Assembly: GCA_021781955.1 (NCBI GenBank)
Contig: JAJXVV010000003.1
Location: 27,933-91,932, forward strand
DNA length: 64,000 bases
From: a bacterium
GTDB taxonomy: Bacteria > Patescibacteriota > Minisyncoccia > Phycocordibacterales > UBA2100
Direction: 5' to 3'
A program made the position numbers and the translations under genes. Under the pieces are notes generated by a model. That model worked only from the letters and a program-made list of their open reading frames with translations, was not told the DNA's origin and made no database searches. Of the stretch, positions 10,196-20,214 are shown piece after piece (positions within the stretch are counted from its first letter, which is position 1; each line of letters begins with the position of its first letter).

Positions 10196-10876
10196 TCAGT
10201 TCCCCACTTTTTCGATGCGCTCGAGAAGGCCGTCCTCGAGCAAGAGAACGCGGTCGACGTAGCGCTTGTCGTCTGGCTCGTGCGTGACCATGATGATGGT
10301 CTGCTTGAGCTCTTTGTTGAGTTTCGTGAACAGTTCGAGCACGACCTTCGCAGATTCCGTGTCGAGATTGGCGGTCGGTTCGTCGGCGAAGACGATCTCC
10401 GGCGAGTTGACGAGCGCGCGCGCGATAGCGACGCGCTGCTGTTCGCCACCCGAGAGCTCGTGCGGGTAGTGGTGGAGCCGCTCGCCGAGGCCGACGAGCG
10501 AAAGCAGCTCGCCCGCGCGCTTTTTGTATACGGTCGAGGGCGTGCCGAGCGCGCGAGCGGGCAAGTACACATTTTCGAGCGCGGTGAATTCCGCGATGAG
10601 CGCGTACTCCTGGAAAACGTAGCCGAGATGTTCGAGCCGGAAGGCGGTGCGCTCCCGCTCCGAGAGCTTGGTCACATCGGTGCCGTTCACGACGACCTCG
10701 CCGGAGGTCGGCATGTCGATGAGCGAAAGCTGATGTACGAGCGTCGATTTGCCGGAGCCGCTGCGACCCATGACCGCGACGAATTCGCCGTCTTGTACCT
10801 CGAACGAGACGCCGCGCAGCGCTCTCGTCGGCACTTTGCCGGGGTATGTTTTGATGACATTGCGAATGGTGATCAT
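10196..10876 (-). CDS. ABC transporter ATP-binding protein (MacB/LolD-like)
   Basis: Walker [10 protein letters not shown], signature [15 protein letters not shown], Walker B IVFADEPT. Start set at the MITIRN Met (cat at 10874-10876); the longer ORF-track N-terminus is arginine-rich noise. Confidence 0.8.
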   Translation of the reverse strand: MITIRNVIKTYPGKVPTRALRGVSFEVQDGEFVAVMGRSGSGKSTLVHQLSLIDMPTSGEVVVNGTDVTKLSERERTAFRLEHLGYVFQEYALIAEFTALENVYLPARALGTPSTVYKKRAGELLSLVGLGERLHHYPHELSGGEQQRVAIARALVNSPEIVFADEPTANLDTESAKVVLELFTKLNKELKQTIIMVTHEPDDKRYVDRVLLLEDGLLERIEKVGN

Positions 10877-10884
10877 AGCGAACG

Positions 10885-12111
10885 TTAGCCCCAAATGGCG
10901 GTAAGGATGCTCTCGCGCACGACGAGACGCGCGGGAACGAGGCCGGAAATGAATCCGGCAACGAGGAACCCGATGACGCTCTCGCCGATCAAGGTCGGAC
11001 CGAACGAGAGCAAGAGCGGACCGAAGGGCAGCATGATGGGATGCACGCTCAAGACGGGCAGCAAGATGCCGAAGACGAAGAAGAGTCCGACGAGCACGCC
11101 GCAGATCACGTAGAAGAGCGATTGGAACACGTAGGCCCACACGACGACGTCCTCCTTGATGCCGATAGCCTTCAAGATGCCGATCTGCCGGCGGCGGTTG
11201 AGGGCGTTGATGTAGATCATGACGAAAATGGTGATCGCCGCGACCAGGACGCTAATGATCGAGACTATCCCCGCGATCAACGTGAATGCGTCGAGCACTG
11301 ATTGAATGACCGCGAGGAGCTCCGAATACATTTTCACCTGGAGCTGCGGCGCGAGCGCCTCGATGCGGCCTTTGTAGTACGAGAGCGGATGCGACGCGTC
11401 GACCTTCACGAGGATCTGCGACGCCTGATCGGAAGCGCCGAGGACCGACTCGGCCTCGCGGCTCGTGATATACGTGTTGGAAAGCGCCGTGCCGAACGTG
11501 ATGTTCACGATGCCTTTCACGGTGTACTGCCGCCGCACGCCGTTGGCGTAGGTGATGGTCACCTTATCGCCCACTTTGGCGCCGCCGAGATCGGAAGGTA
11601 CCGGCAGGCCATAGCCGCCAGCAAGCGCCGCAGGCAGGAGGACCTGATCGGTATCGCTCGGCGAGAGGAACTGCCCCGCAACGAGGTAGCGCTTGAGCGA
11701 GAGCGCGTCGTCCACCTGACCGGGATCGATGCCGATCATCTGCGCCGATACGCTCTTGAAGACACCGTTCTTATCCGCATCGAACGATATCGAACCGGCC
11801 GTGAGGTACACGCGCGCCGTGCCGACGATGCCGGGAATCGTGTGCAGCTGCGCCTGCAATTGCTCTTCATCGGCGATGAACTGTTCCGGCACGGGGAGCT
11901 GCTGGGGCGTGATGACGATATCGGAGGTGGTCGTATTGATGAGGAGATTGGTGATGGTGTCGAGCAATCCTGAGAAAACGCCCGGAATGAACACCATGTT
12001 GAAGAACGAGAGACATAAGATGAGCAGCATGAACGCGAGAAGCGAGCGGCTGCTCCGCATGATCGATTTGTACGCGATGAAGAGCGCGGTCGAGAGGTCG
12101 GTCAAGGTCAT
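10885..12111 (-). CDS. FtsX-like ABC transporter permease
   Basis: 4-TM FtsX/MacB-type permease with a large extracytoplasmic domain. Start at the MTLTDLS Met (cat at 12109-12111). Forms an operon with the ATPase and the upstream adaptor. Confidence 0.75.
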   Translation of the reverse strand: MTLTDLSTALFIAYKSIMRSSRSLLAFMLLILCLSFFNMVFIPGVFSGLLDTITNLLINTTTSDIVITPQQLPVPEQFIADEEQLQAQLHTIPGIVGTARVYLTAGSISFDADKNGVFKSVSAQMIGIDPGQVDDALSLKRYLVAGQFLSPSDTDQVLLPAALAGGYGLPVPSDLGGAKVGDKVTITYANGVRRQYTVKGIVNITFGTALSNTYITSREAESVLGASDQASQILVKVDASHPLSYYKGRIEALAPQLQVKMYSELLAVIQSVLDAFTLIAGIVSIISVLVAAITIFVMIYINALNRRRQIGILKAIGIKEDVVVWAYVFQSLFYVICGVLVGLFFVFGILLPVLSVHPIMLPFGPLLLSFGPTLIGESVIGFLVAGFISGLVPARLVVRESILTAIWG

Positions 12112-12133
12112 AGCGCGAGAAAGACTCTCCAGG

Positions 12134-12219
12134 GGCGCGTCCGGACGGACACTTCCCGCGGAGGAACTGTCCGAGCGAAGCGAGTTTTCCGCAGCGGGAA
12201 GTGTCCGTCCGGACGCGCC
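12134..12219. repeat. hairpin repeat element copy 1 (26-bp perfect inverted arms, conserved 34-nt loop)
   Basis: Arms are ggcgcgtccggacggacacttcccgc and gcgggaagtgtccgtccggacgcgcc. The loop ggaggaactgtccgagcgaagcgagttttccgca is 30/34 identical to the loop of a second hairpin at 40736-40817. Intergenic between the adaptor and FtsX genes. Confidence 0.6.
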
Positions 12220-12230
12220 ACACCCATAGG

Positions 12231-13760
12231 TCAATTCGTTCCCGTCACGACGACGTCGCCTTCTTGTAGGCCGGAAAGTATTTGCACCATGCCGCTCTGG
12301 TCTTTGAGGCCGGTGGAGACCGGCATCGTCGTCGGCGAACCGTTCTGGAGCAGCTGTACCGTGCTGCTCGCGCCCGAGGCCGTGACCGCGCTCGCCGGCA
12401 CGAGGAGGGCGTCGGAACTCGAGGCCGTCTGTATCCACACATTGGCCGTCATGCCGGGCCTCACGCCTGCGTACGTTTTAGTAAAGAGGATGGTTGTTTG
12501 GTAGTAGATGGCGCCGCCGACCACGGTCTGCGCGGGATCAACTTCGCTCACCTTCCCGTCGAACGACGTGCCTGCCGGAAATGCGTCGAGCTCGATGCGC
12601 ACCGGGTCCCCTGGCACCACGCCAACGACGTTGTCCTCCGAGACGTTGACCTTCACGTCGAGCGCCTGATCGGGCTGCAGCGTGACCACCGCAATATCCG
12701 GCGTCACGTTCTCGCCCACGCTCCCCTGCGTATCGGTGATAGTGCCGCTGAAAGGCGCGATGATCTCGAGGGTGCGTATCTGCGCTTGGATCGCGGTGGC
12801 GGCGGCTTGCGCCTGCTGCACGGCGGCTTGCTGCGCGGCAATGGTCGAGGCGGTCGAGCCGGCGAATTGGAGCGCCAGGGTCTTTTGGTCTTTAGCGAGG
12901 GTCGAGGACGCTGCTGCTTGCGTCGTCTCGGCAGCAGTCAGCGTTGAGAGCGCGGCATTGACGTTCGTACGCGCGGTCGCAACACCGGTCGTCCAGGTCG
13001 TGAGCTGCGTCTGGGTGACGCCCTGGCCGGGCAGTGCTTTGTTGAGCGCCGTGTTCGCATCGGCGAGCAAATTCGAGACGGCATTAAGCCCGCTCTCCGC
13101 CTGAGCGATCGGCAAAGCGCCGCCTGCGGATGCCGCGAGCTGCGCTTGGCTCCAATCGGCCATCGTCGAGCCGATGGCCACGCGCTCGCTCTCGAGCTGC
13201 GTCTCAAGCTGCGAATCGGGCAGCGAGAACAGGACCTGCGGGTTCGTGCTGCGAGGATTGTTGAACAAAAGATCGACGCTGTTGCCGATCGCGCTATCAG
13301 ACGTCGTGTAGGCGCTCATGAGCGCGTTCAAAAGGGACTGCCGGCTCTGCGAGAGCGCGACCTCGTCGCTTTGCACCTGCGCTTGCGTAACGGCTATCTG
13401 CTCAGGGCGTGTGCCTTCTTGCAGGGTCGCGAGCGCCGCCTGCTGCATCGCGACCACTGCCTGCGCCTGGGAGAGCTGCGCCTCAAGCACGCTCGTGTCT
13501 TGCTGCGCGAGCACGGCTCCCGCCGCGACACGCTGTCCGACCGCCACATTGAGCGCGACGAGCTGCCCCGGCGACTGGAAGCGCAGGACGCTCGTCGTCG
13601 GCGACTCGACATTGCCGCTCGCGAGCGCCTCCTGCACGATAGGGCCGCGCGTTACCGCTGCCGTGACGTAAGCCGCCGGCCGGGTGCGCACGAAAAGGAC
13701 GGCCGCGCCTGCGACGAGCACGACCGCGATCCCGATGGTCGCGAGCGCGTGGTTCTTCAT
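12231..13760 (-). CDS. efflux adaptor (membrane fusion protein, MacA/HlyD family)
   Basis: Signal-anchor MKNHALATIGIAVVLVAG, long coiled-coil (Q/A-rich), C-terminal beta domain. Start set at the MKNH Met (cat at 13758-13760). Confidence 0.7.
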   Translation of the reverse strand: MKNHALATIGIAVVLVAGAAVLFVRTRPAAYVTAAVTRGPIVQEALASGNVESPTTSVLRFQSPGQLVALNVAVGQRVAAGAVLAQQDTSVLEAQLSQAQAVVAMQQAALATLQEGTRPEQIAVTQAQVQSDEVALSQSRQSLLNALMSAYTTSDSAIGNSVDLLFNNPRSTNPQVLFSLPDSQLETQLESERVAIGSTMADWSQAQLAASAGGALPIAQAESGLNAVSNLLADANTALNKALPGQGVTQTQLTTWTTGVATARTNVNAALSTLTAAETTQAAASSTLAKDQKTLALQFAGSTASTIAAQQAAVQQAQAAATAIQAQIRTLEIIAPFSGTITDTQGSVGENVTPDIAVVTLQPDQALDVKVNVSEDNVVGVVPGDPVRIELDAFPAGTSFDGKVSEVDPAQTVVGGAIYYQTTILFTKTYAGVRPGMTANVWIQTASSSDALLVPASAVTASGASSTVQLLQNGSPTTMPVSTGLKDQSGMVQILSGLQEGDVVVTGTN

Positions 13761-13839
13761 ATCGTACAGGATACCACGCGGCGCGCTCCTCCAGAGGAAC
13801 GTGCCGCTCAATGTCATGTGTTTGCTACAATGCGCGAGT

Positions 13840-14691
13840 ATGAAATTCATCGGACGCCCTACCGTCGGTCTCGCGCTCTCCGGCGGATCGGCCAAAGGCC
13901 TCGCGCACATCGGCGTCATCAAGGCATTCGAAGAGGCGGGAATACCGATAGACATGATCGCCGGCACCAGCATGGGTGCGCTCGTCGGCGCGTTTTATGC
14001 AGCCGGCCGCGATGGCGCCGAACTGGAGCGCATCGCGAACTCGATCGACCGGCGGCAGCTCTTGCAGCTCCTCGACCCTGGCTTCAACGGCGGCTTGATG
14101 GCGGGCGAGAAGGTATACGAGTTCATCGATTCGTTCCTACGCGGCGCGACCTTCGAGAAATGCCGCGTCCCTTTCCGCGTCGTCACCACCGACCTGCGCA
14201 CCGGCGAGCCGACCATCTTCGACGACGGCGAACTGCTGCCCGCAATACGCGCGAGCATTTCGCTGCCTCTGGTGTTCAATCCGGTCCCGTATCGCGATCT
14301 TCTCCTCACCGACGGCGGACTCTCGCTCCCCTTGCCCGCGCGCGTCGTGCGCGACATGGGAGCCGACATCGTCATCTCCGTCAACGTGCTCTCCCGCCTC
14401 GACCCGCGAGCTGTCGTTCACCCGAAAGGCGTCAGCGGCATTTTCAGTGTCGCGAACGCGTCCATCGACATCATGATGCGCAACCTCACGAAGCAGGACG
14501 CCACGCTTTCTGACATCGTCATCGCGCCGGAGGTAAGCAGCTTCAATAGCCGCGACTTCGATCGCGCGCGGCCGCTTATCGAGCTTGGTGCCGTCTCCGC
14601 CAAGGAGGTGCTCCCCCGCATCAAGGGCGCGATCACCGCGAAGACCCCGCCGCTACGGCGCCTTCTTACCCGCCTGCGTTCACTGCATTGA
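13840..14691 (+). CDS. patatin-like phospholipase
   Basis: GGSAKG oxyanion motif, GTSMG nucleophile elbow (GxSxG), DGG catalytic Asp motif. Start at the MKFIGRP Met. Confidence 0.75.
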   Translation: MKFIGRPTVGLALSGGSAKGLAHIGVIKAFEEAGIPIDMIAGTSMGALVGAFYAAGRDGAELERIANSIDRRQLLQLLDPGFNGGLMAGEKVYEFIDSFLRGATFEKCRVPFRVVTTDLRTGEPTIFDDGELLPAIRASISLPLVFNPVPYRDLLLTDGGLSLPLPARVVRDMGADIVISVNVLSRLDPRAVVHPKGVSGIFSVANASIDIMMRNLTKQDATLSDIVIAPEVSSFNSRDFDRARPLIELGAVSAKEVLPRIKGAITAKTPPLRRLLTRLRSLH

Positions 14692-15967
14692 TCTCCCCAG
14701 GACCGAGTATTCCTTCGTGCATCGCGTACGCGCCATACGCAGCAGCCGCGAGGCAGACGACGCCGCCCACGACGAGCGGCATGCGGCCGCCCGCGACATC
14801 GGCGAGATAGCCGAGCGCAGGGCCGCCGATCGCCGTCGAACCGATGAAGAACACCGACTGGAGCGCGAGCGCGCGGCCGCGCATCTCTGGCCGCGCATCC
14901 ACCTGTATGAGCGTCGTCGTTGCGGTCGAATAGATAACGCTCGAGGCGCCCACGAAAAACGCGATGCCGATCGCGCTCCACACGTTCGGCGCGGCGGAGA
15001 GCGCGAGCACTGCGAGGCCGAACGCGGCCGCGCCGGCGACGACGTGCCGCACGCTGATATCCTCGCGCCGCGCGATAAGGAACGAACCTGCAATCGCGCC
15101 GACGCTGAAGATCGAGTAGAGCACCGTGAAGACGCCGTCGGCAGCGCCGAGCGATCGCGTCACGAAGAGCGGGAGCGTGACGGTGAAATTGAGCGTAAGC
15201 GTCCCGATGAGCGCAAGCATGATGAAATTCACCAAAAACACCGGCGTCGCGCGGATATAGCGTAGACCCTCGCGCACGCTGCCACCGCGTACCGCCGCTT
15301 GTGCGGCACGGTGGAGCTCGTTCGTGCGCATCTGATATAAACTCCATAGCACCGCGAGGTACGAGAGCGCGTCGATCGTAAAACACCAGCCGTAGCCAAT
15401 GCTCACGATGAGCGCGCCGGCGAGCGCCGGTCCGAACACGCGCGCGACATTGACCGTGGTGCTATAGAGCACGACCGCGTTGGGCACGTCCTCGGGCGCC
15501 ACCATTTCGCTCACAAAAGAACGGCGCAACGGATTATCGAGCGAGAGCAAGATCCCGCCGAAGAGCGCGAGCGCGTACAGGCCGACAAGCGGCGGGTGCG
15601 GCAAGAACGCGAACACCGCGAGCCCCGCCGATTGCGCCATCTCGAGACCTTGCGTTGCGTAGAGGAGCGCGTGCTTGTCGAAACGGTCCGCAACCGTGCC
15701 TGCCCACGCAGAAAAGAGCAGTATCGGCCCGTACTGGCACGCGGCAAGCACGCCGACGGCGAAACCGCTCTCCGTGACCTTGAGCACGAGGAGCGTGAGA
15801 GCGACGCTCGTGAGCCAGTTGCCCGTGTTCGAGATGGTCTGGCCGTAGAAAAATAGCTTGAAATTACGATTGCGGAGCGACACGAACGTCTCGCGCATCA
15901 GACTTGCCATGCCGCGCATGCCGCCACCATCGAGCAATCCTGCACCATGAGTCATGTATTTAGTCAT
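14666..15967 (-). CDS. MFS transporter
   Basis: 12-TM MFS topology (EntS/macrolide-exporter-like). The start may be an internal Met (MRGMASLM). Confidence 0.7.
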   Translation of the reverse strand: MTKYMTHGAGLLDGGGMRGMASLMRETFVSLRNRNFKLFFYGQTISNTGNWLTSVALTLLVLKVTESGFAVGVLAACQYGPILLFSAWAGTVADRFDKHALLYATQGLEMAQSAGLAVFAFLPHPPLVGLYALALFGGILLSLDNPLRRSFVSEMVAPEDVPNAVVLYSTTVNVARVFGPALAGALIVSIGYGWCFTIDALSYLAVLWSLYQMRTNELHRAAQAAVRGGSVREGLRYIRATPVFLVNFIMLALIGTLTLNFTVTLPLFVTRSLGAADGVFTVLYSIFSVGAIAGSFLIARREDISVRHVVAGAAAFGLAVLALSAAPNVWSAIGIAFFVGASSVIYSTATTTLIQVDARPEMRGRALALQSVFFIGSTAIGGPALGYLADVAGGRMPLVVGGVVCLAAAAYGAYAMHEGILGPGEINAVNAGG

Positions 15968-16102
15968 GTATTATATAGTATGCACGAGTGTGAGACATTC
16001 GCTTCAGACGTGCTACGGGATCGCACGGGAACATTGATGACGAGATTGTTGGCTAGACGGAGGAAGTGTCTGATAAAGATTATAAGAAGTAATGGTTAAC
16101 AT

Positions 16103-17152
16103 ATGAGGGCAACCCTATTCAAAGGACCGCGTCGCGTTGAACTCGGCGAACGTCCTGACCCCGTTATCAAAGAGCCGACCGACGCCATCGTGCGCGTGGT
16201 CATGGGATGCGTTTGTGGTTCTGATCTCTGGTACTACCGCGGCATCAATCCGCACAAGGAAGGCAGTATCGGGCACGAATTCATCGGCATCGTCGAGAAA
16301 ATCGGCGATGACGTGAAAGATACCAAGGTCGGCGATTTGGTCATCGCACCGTTCGATTACAGCGACGGCACCTGTGCCAACTGCAAAGCCGGCTACACCT
16401 TCGAGTGCCCACACGGCGGCGCGTTCGGCAATGGCGATACCGATGGCGGTCAGGGCGAGTACGTGCGCGCTCCATATGCAGACGTCAATCTCGTGAAAGT
16501 GCCGAAAGGTGAATATACAGAAGACCAGCTCGCGTCGTTCCTCGCGCTCTCGGACGTCATGTGCACCGGCTTTCATGCTGCGTCGAGCGCTGGGGTAAAG
16601 AAAGGAGACGTGGTGGCCGTTGTCGGCGACGGCGCAGTGGGTCTGTCCGGTATCATCGCGGCAAAGCTAAAGGGCGCATCGCGCATCATCGCGCTCTCCC
16701 GTAATCCAGCGCGCCAAAAGCTCGCCAAAGAGTTTGGGGCGACCGACATCGTGCCGGAGCGCGGCGAGGAAGCAGTGGCTGCGGTTATGAAGCTGACCGA
16801 TGGCGTTGGCGTGAACGCCGCGCTCGAATGCGTTGGCACTAAAGAAGCGCTCGAAACCGCGGCGAATGTCACGCGCGCGGGCGGCATGGTCGGCGCGGTC
16901 GGTGTTCCCACCTACGGCACGATCGAGTACGCCAAAATGTTTTTCTGGCGCAACATCGGCATCAAGGGCGGCGTCGCTCCGGCGCGCACTTACATCCCGG
17001 AGCTTCTTAAAGCGGTACTCAATGGGCGTATCAATCCAGGCCGTGTCTTCGACCTGCGCACTGACCTTGATAATGTCGCGGAGGCGTACGCCGCGATGGA
17101 CGAGCGCCGCGCTATCAAGTCGCTCCTTAAGGTGAGCGAGATTAATCGCTAG
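16103..17152 (+). CDS. Zn-dependent alcohol dehydrogenase (MDR family)
   Basis: GHEFIGIV, structural-Zn Cys cluster (C..C..C, CANCKAGYTFEC), GDGAVG Rossmann motif. Confidence 0.8.
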   Translation: MRATLFKGPRRVELGERPDPVIKEPTDAIVRVVMGCVCGSDLWYYRGINPHKEGSIGHEFIGIVEKIGDDVKDTKVGDLVIAPFDYSDGTCANCKAGYTFECPHGGAFGNGDTDGGQGEYVRAPYADVNLVKVPKGEYTEDQLASFLALSDVMCTGFHAASSAGVKKGDVVAVVGDGAVGLSGIIAAKLKGASRIIALSRNPARQKLAKEFGATDIVPERGEEAVAAVMKLTDGVGVNAALECVGTKEALETAANVTRAGGMVGAVGVPTYGTIEYAKMFFWRNIGIKGGVAPARTYIPELLKAVLNGRINPGRVFDLRTDLDNVAEAYAAMDERRAIKSLLKVSEINR

Positions 17153-17240
17153 CCAGAAGCGATCGCTCGCTTACCATCGTAAAAAGTTCGGGCGCCCCTT
17201 AGCCCTCGATTTTCGCGATTTTCAAAAAACGAAGTGAAGC

Positions 17241-17270
17241 GGTCGCATTACACCGTCTCACGTTCCTGCG
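17241..17270. repeat. direct repeat copy A (putative att-like site)
   Basis: ggtcgcattacaccgtctcacgttcctgcg matches 37812-37841 ggtcgcgaaacacggtctcacgttcctgcg at 26/30 positions, including a perfect 16-mer. Confidence 0.6.
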
Positions 17271-17689
17271 TGTGCCCAGACACTCAGACCGCCCGCATCG
17301 CCTCGGAGGCGAACGCACCAGCACACCCAGATACTTTTTGTCAAGGGCGCAGCTCTACGCTGTTCTTAGAACCTATTTTAGCAAAAATCAGGGCTGATCT
17401 GCCTAGTCATACAGGTAGTCATTCGGGGTGGCGCGGAATGACTACCCTCCGAATCTGGAAAAGGCACTGGCATCTTCGGCTCCAACCTGTATTTATCTGC
17501 GCGCGAAGCGCGCGGAGTAACTAAACCACAATGGGCTGCGCTGTGCGCAGCCAAAAATAATTTCCCTTTAGTTCCTATTGCGGTGAGGGTCGGTCTAGAA
17601 CCAACCTGTTTCAAGCATTGTAAGGGTTCTTTGGCGAGTTTGCGACCTGCCGATTTTAGGGGGAACGGTCGCTGAGAATGTTACAAACG

Positions 17690-18445
17690 TTACAACTTTT
17701 TGCGTAGTTTCTTGCGGGCCTCCCGCTTAGCCCTCCGATCCTCCCGTTGTCGCTTTTCTTCCTCTTCTCGCGCTTTCATCTCCTCAGGAGGAATGATGCG
17801 TAGATGGTCCATGATTTTGTAACCCTTGAGGGTCTCGCGCGGATCACCGAAGCAATACCACTCGTATGACCGATACCATGTCTGCCCATCGCGATCTTCC
17901 TTCACCAACTGAGATTCAACCAATTTCTTGGGCGGCAAGGTACCCTCGTTGTCCTTGATAAGGAACAGCCGTGCGTGTACGCGTCCCGCACCATCCGTCA
18001 CAGTGCGCGCCTTCAGTACTCCTTCTTTGATCCATCGTGTGACATCTGAGTGCTTCAGGTTGAATGCGCGCTGAAGTTCGTGTTCCCTGTAGTAACTCTT
18101 CTCGCGTTTCGCGAGAGACCCCGGGATTTCTTTTCGATCGACAGCTCCGTGGCACGTAAGGCAGGTGACGCCCCATTTGTCGTACCAGCTTCCTTCTTCC
18201 CGCGAACTCTCGTGGCAAATAGCGCACGTGCGACCACGGCCCTCAAGGACAAATCCTTTGGGAGACTCTTGGAGACGCTTCTTCCATCCTTGTTCCTTCA
18301 CCCAGAGCTCGTACAGAATCTCAGCCAACCCCGCCAGATTGCGCGAAGCTTCTTCCGCCTCCTCCCAGGTAACTTCCTTGCCCTCGCGCTTCTCGAGAAG
18401 CTCTTTCATTTTCTGAATGTGTTTTTTGTGTTCCTCCGCATCCAT
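17690..18445 (-). CDS. hypothetical protein with C-x2-C...C-x2-C zinc-ribbon-like motif and a lysine/arginine-rich C-terminal tail
   Basis: CAICH-x17-CLTCH. No signal peptide. Start at the MDAEEHKK Met (cat at 18443-18445). Confidence 0.5.
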   Translation of the reverse strand: MDAEEHKKHIQKMKELLEKREGKEVTWEEAEEASRNLAGLAEILYELWVKEQGWKKRLQESPKGFVLEGRGRTCAICHESSREEGSWYDKWGVTCLTCHGAVDRKEIPGSLAKREKSYYREHELQRAFNLKHSDVTRWIKEGVLKARTVTDGAGRVHARLFLIKDNEGTLPPKKLVESQLVKEDRDGQTWYRSYEWYCFGDPRETLKGYKIMDHLRIIPPEEMKAREEEEKRQREDRRAKREARKKLRKKL

Positions 18446-18870
18446 ACCTATATTCTGCCGAACTCGCGCAGCGAACGCTAACGGACGCGAGCGCTTGCAA
18501 ACGACGACAAACTGTTGTGTTATCCACAGCTCCCTCTTCCTGTCCAAAGACAATCTCCCCGGAATCCGTATGATGGAAGTACGCAGCTTACCGCGCGCCC
18601 TCACGAAGGGCCCGTAGGAAAGCGACGAGGCTGCAGGGCGCTACAGCCGCTGAGCAGAACCCTGCTCAGGCAAGGTGCGTAACACCGAAGACAGCGCTTC
18701 GGCCCTATCTTCAGACTCTGCGCTCCTTGGCCCTGATTCTCGGTCTCACGAAGACTCAGAATCCCAGAAAACAAAAACACGATTATTCACCGCGAGCGGT
18801 TCGCCGCTCTCGAATTAAGTGCTTTTGTTTGCGTGGGATTTTTTCTCGTGCACGCAAAGGCCTATGCACA

Positions 18871-20214
18871 ATGACCAATCAAGAATTGAAGATTACGTAT
18901 GTCCCCATTGAGACCCTTAAACACCCTGAACGGAATCCTCGCTTCTGGAGCAACGAGGTAAAGCTCCAGCTCAAAGAGAGCGTCACAAGACACGGGGTTG
19001 TCGACCCATTAATCATCAATACCGCGCCCGGCCGGGAGAACATCTGCATTGGTGGGAACTTGCGGTTGGAGGTCCTCAAAGAGCTCGGCCATAAAACAGT
19101 GCCGGTCGTCTCACTCTCCATCACCGACCCGAACAAGGAGCAGGAGCTCATATTGCGGTTGAATCGCAATGTCGCGGAGTTCGACGCGACGCTCCTCAGT
19201 GAGTTCGACGAGGCGTTCCTCAAAGACATCGGATTTTCGTCGGAAGAATTGGATGAGGTGTTTGAGGTCGAGAAAGACGAAGAACAATTCGACCTCGAAA
19301 AGGAATTAGACAAGCTCCAGATAGATCAGATCACCGTAGAGAAAGGAGACGTGTACGACCTCGATGGGTCACGTCTTAAATGCGGCGACTCTACTGTGGA
19401 GGCTGACGTGCTGGACCTAATGCGCGGAGAAAAAGCGGACATGTGCATGACCGACATGCCGTACCGCCTCAGTTACCTGAAGGGCAAAACGCGCAAAGGA
19501 AACCCAACGGTCGGCTTCGGTGCAAAAAGAAACCGCCGGTACCTCGAGACCGAGGCGCTGCCACCGGACTTCGTTGAGAAGTGGATGGGTAATGTTGCCA
19601 AGGTCGCTAACAAGGACTTTTCCATCATTTCCTACGAAAACTGGCGCAACATCCGCGAACAGTGGGACGTGATGGAGAAGCAAGGATGGAAGGTCCGCAA
19701 CATGATCGTCTGGCACCTCCCCACGAGGAACCAGGGCTATGCCGGCAAAAATATCTTGTTCTCGAAGCATGACATCGCGATGGTCGGCACGAGCGAAGCA
19801 CACAGCGGTCTCAACCTTGAGCCCGAGGACGGACTCTATGAGAACCAGTACGAAACTGCTCTCTTCGCGATCCAGGGTAAAGGTTCCCACTGGGAAAACT
19901 ACGGCAAAAACAAGAAGTACTGCCCGACGGATTTCATCGAGTTCAACGCAGCTGACGAGAAGTCTTCCGGGCAAGCGATCATCTACGGCGTAAAGCCGAT
20001 TGAGATCCTCCTGCCCTACATCAAAACGCTCACCAAGCGCGGTCAGCTCATCATTGAGCCCTTTGCGGGATCGGGTTCCACATTAATTGGAGCGAATACA
20101 CTTGGTCGCCGGTGCTTCGCGATGGAAAAAGTACCGACCTATGCCGAGGTCATCCTCAACCGATGGGAAAAGTTCTCTGGGAAGAAACGCGTAAAGATCC
20201 ATGCACAAGCGTGA
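18871..20214 (+). CDS. ParB-like nuclease domain / DNA methyltransferase fusion (beta-class N6A/N4C MTase)
   Basis: N-terminal ParB/Srx-like region (KITYVPIETLKHPERNPRFW...VVDPLIIN). Then DMPY (motif IV variant of DPPY) precedes the FAGSGST AdoMet-binding motif I, which is beta-class order. Common in phages and plasmids. Confidence 0.7.
   Translation: MTNQELKITYVPIETLKHPERNPRFWSNEVKLQLKESVTRHGVVDPLIINTAPGRENICIGGNLRLEVLKELGHKTVPVVSLSITDPNKEQELILRLNRNVAEFDATLLSEFDEAFLKDIGFSSEELDEVFEVEKDEEQFDLEKELDKLQIDQITVEKGDVYDLDGSRLKCGDSTVEADVLDLMRGEKADMCMTDMPYRLSYLKGKTRKGNPTVGFGAKRNRRYLETEALPPDFVEKWMGNVAKVANKDFSIISYENWRNIREQWDVMEKQGWKVRNMIVWHLPTRNQGYAGKNILFSKHDIAMVGTSEAHSGLNLEPEDGLYENQYETALFAIQGKGSHWENYGKNKKYCPTDFIEFNAADEKSSGQAIIYGVKPIEILLPYIKTLTKRGQLIIEPFAGSGSTLIGANTLGRRCFAMEKVPTYAEVILNRWEKFSGKKRVKIHAQA

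Noticed and set aside
17916-18227. Two CxxCH motifs (CAICH, CLTCH) in the 17690-18445 protein read as c-type haem-binding sites
   Set aside because: There is no signal peptide or membrane anchor for periplasmic haem attachment. The C-x2-C-x17-C-x2-C spacing fits a zinc ribbon better.
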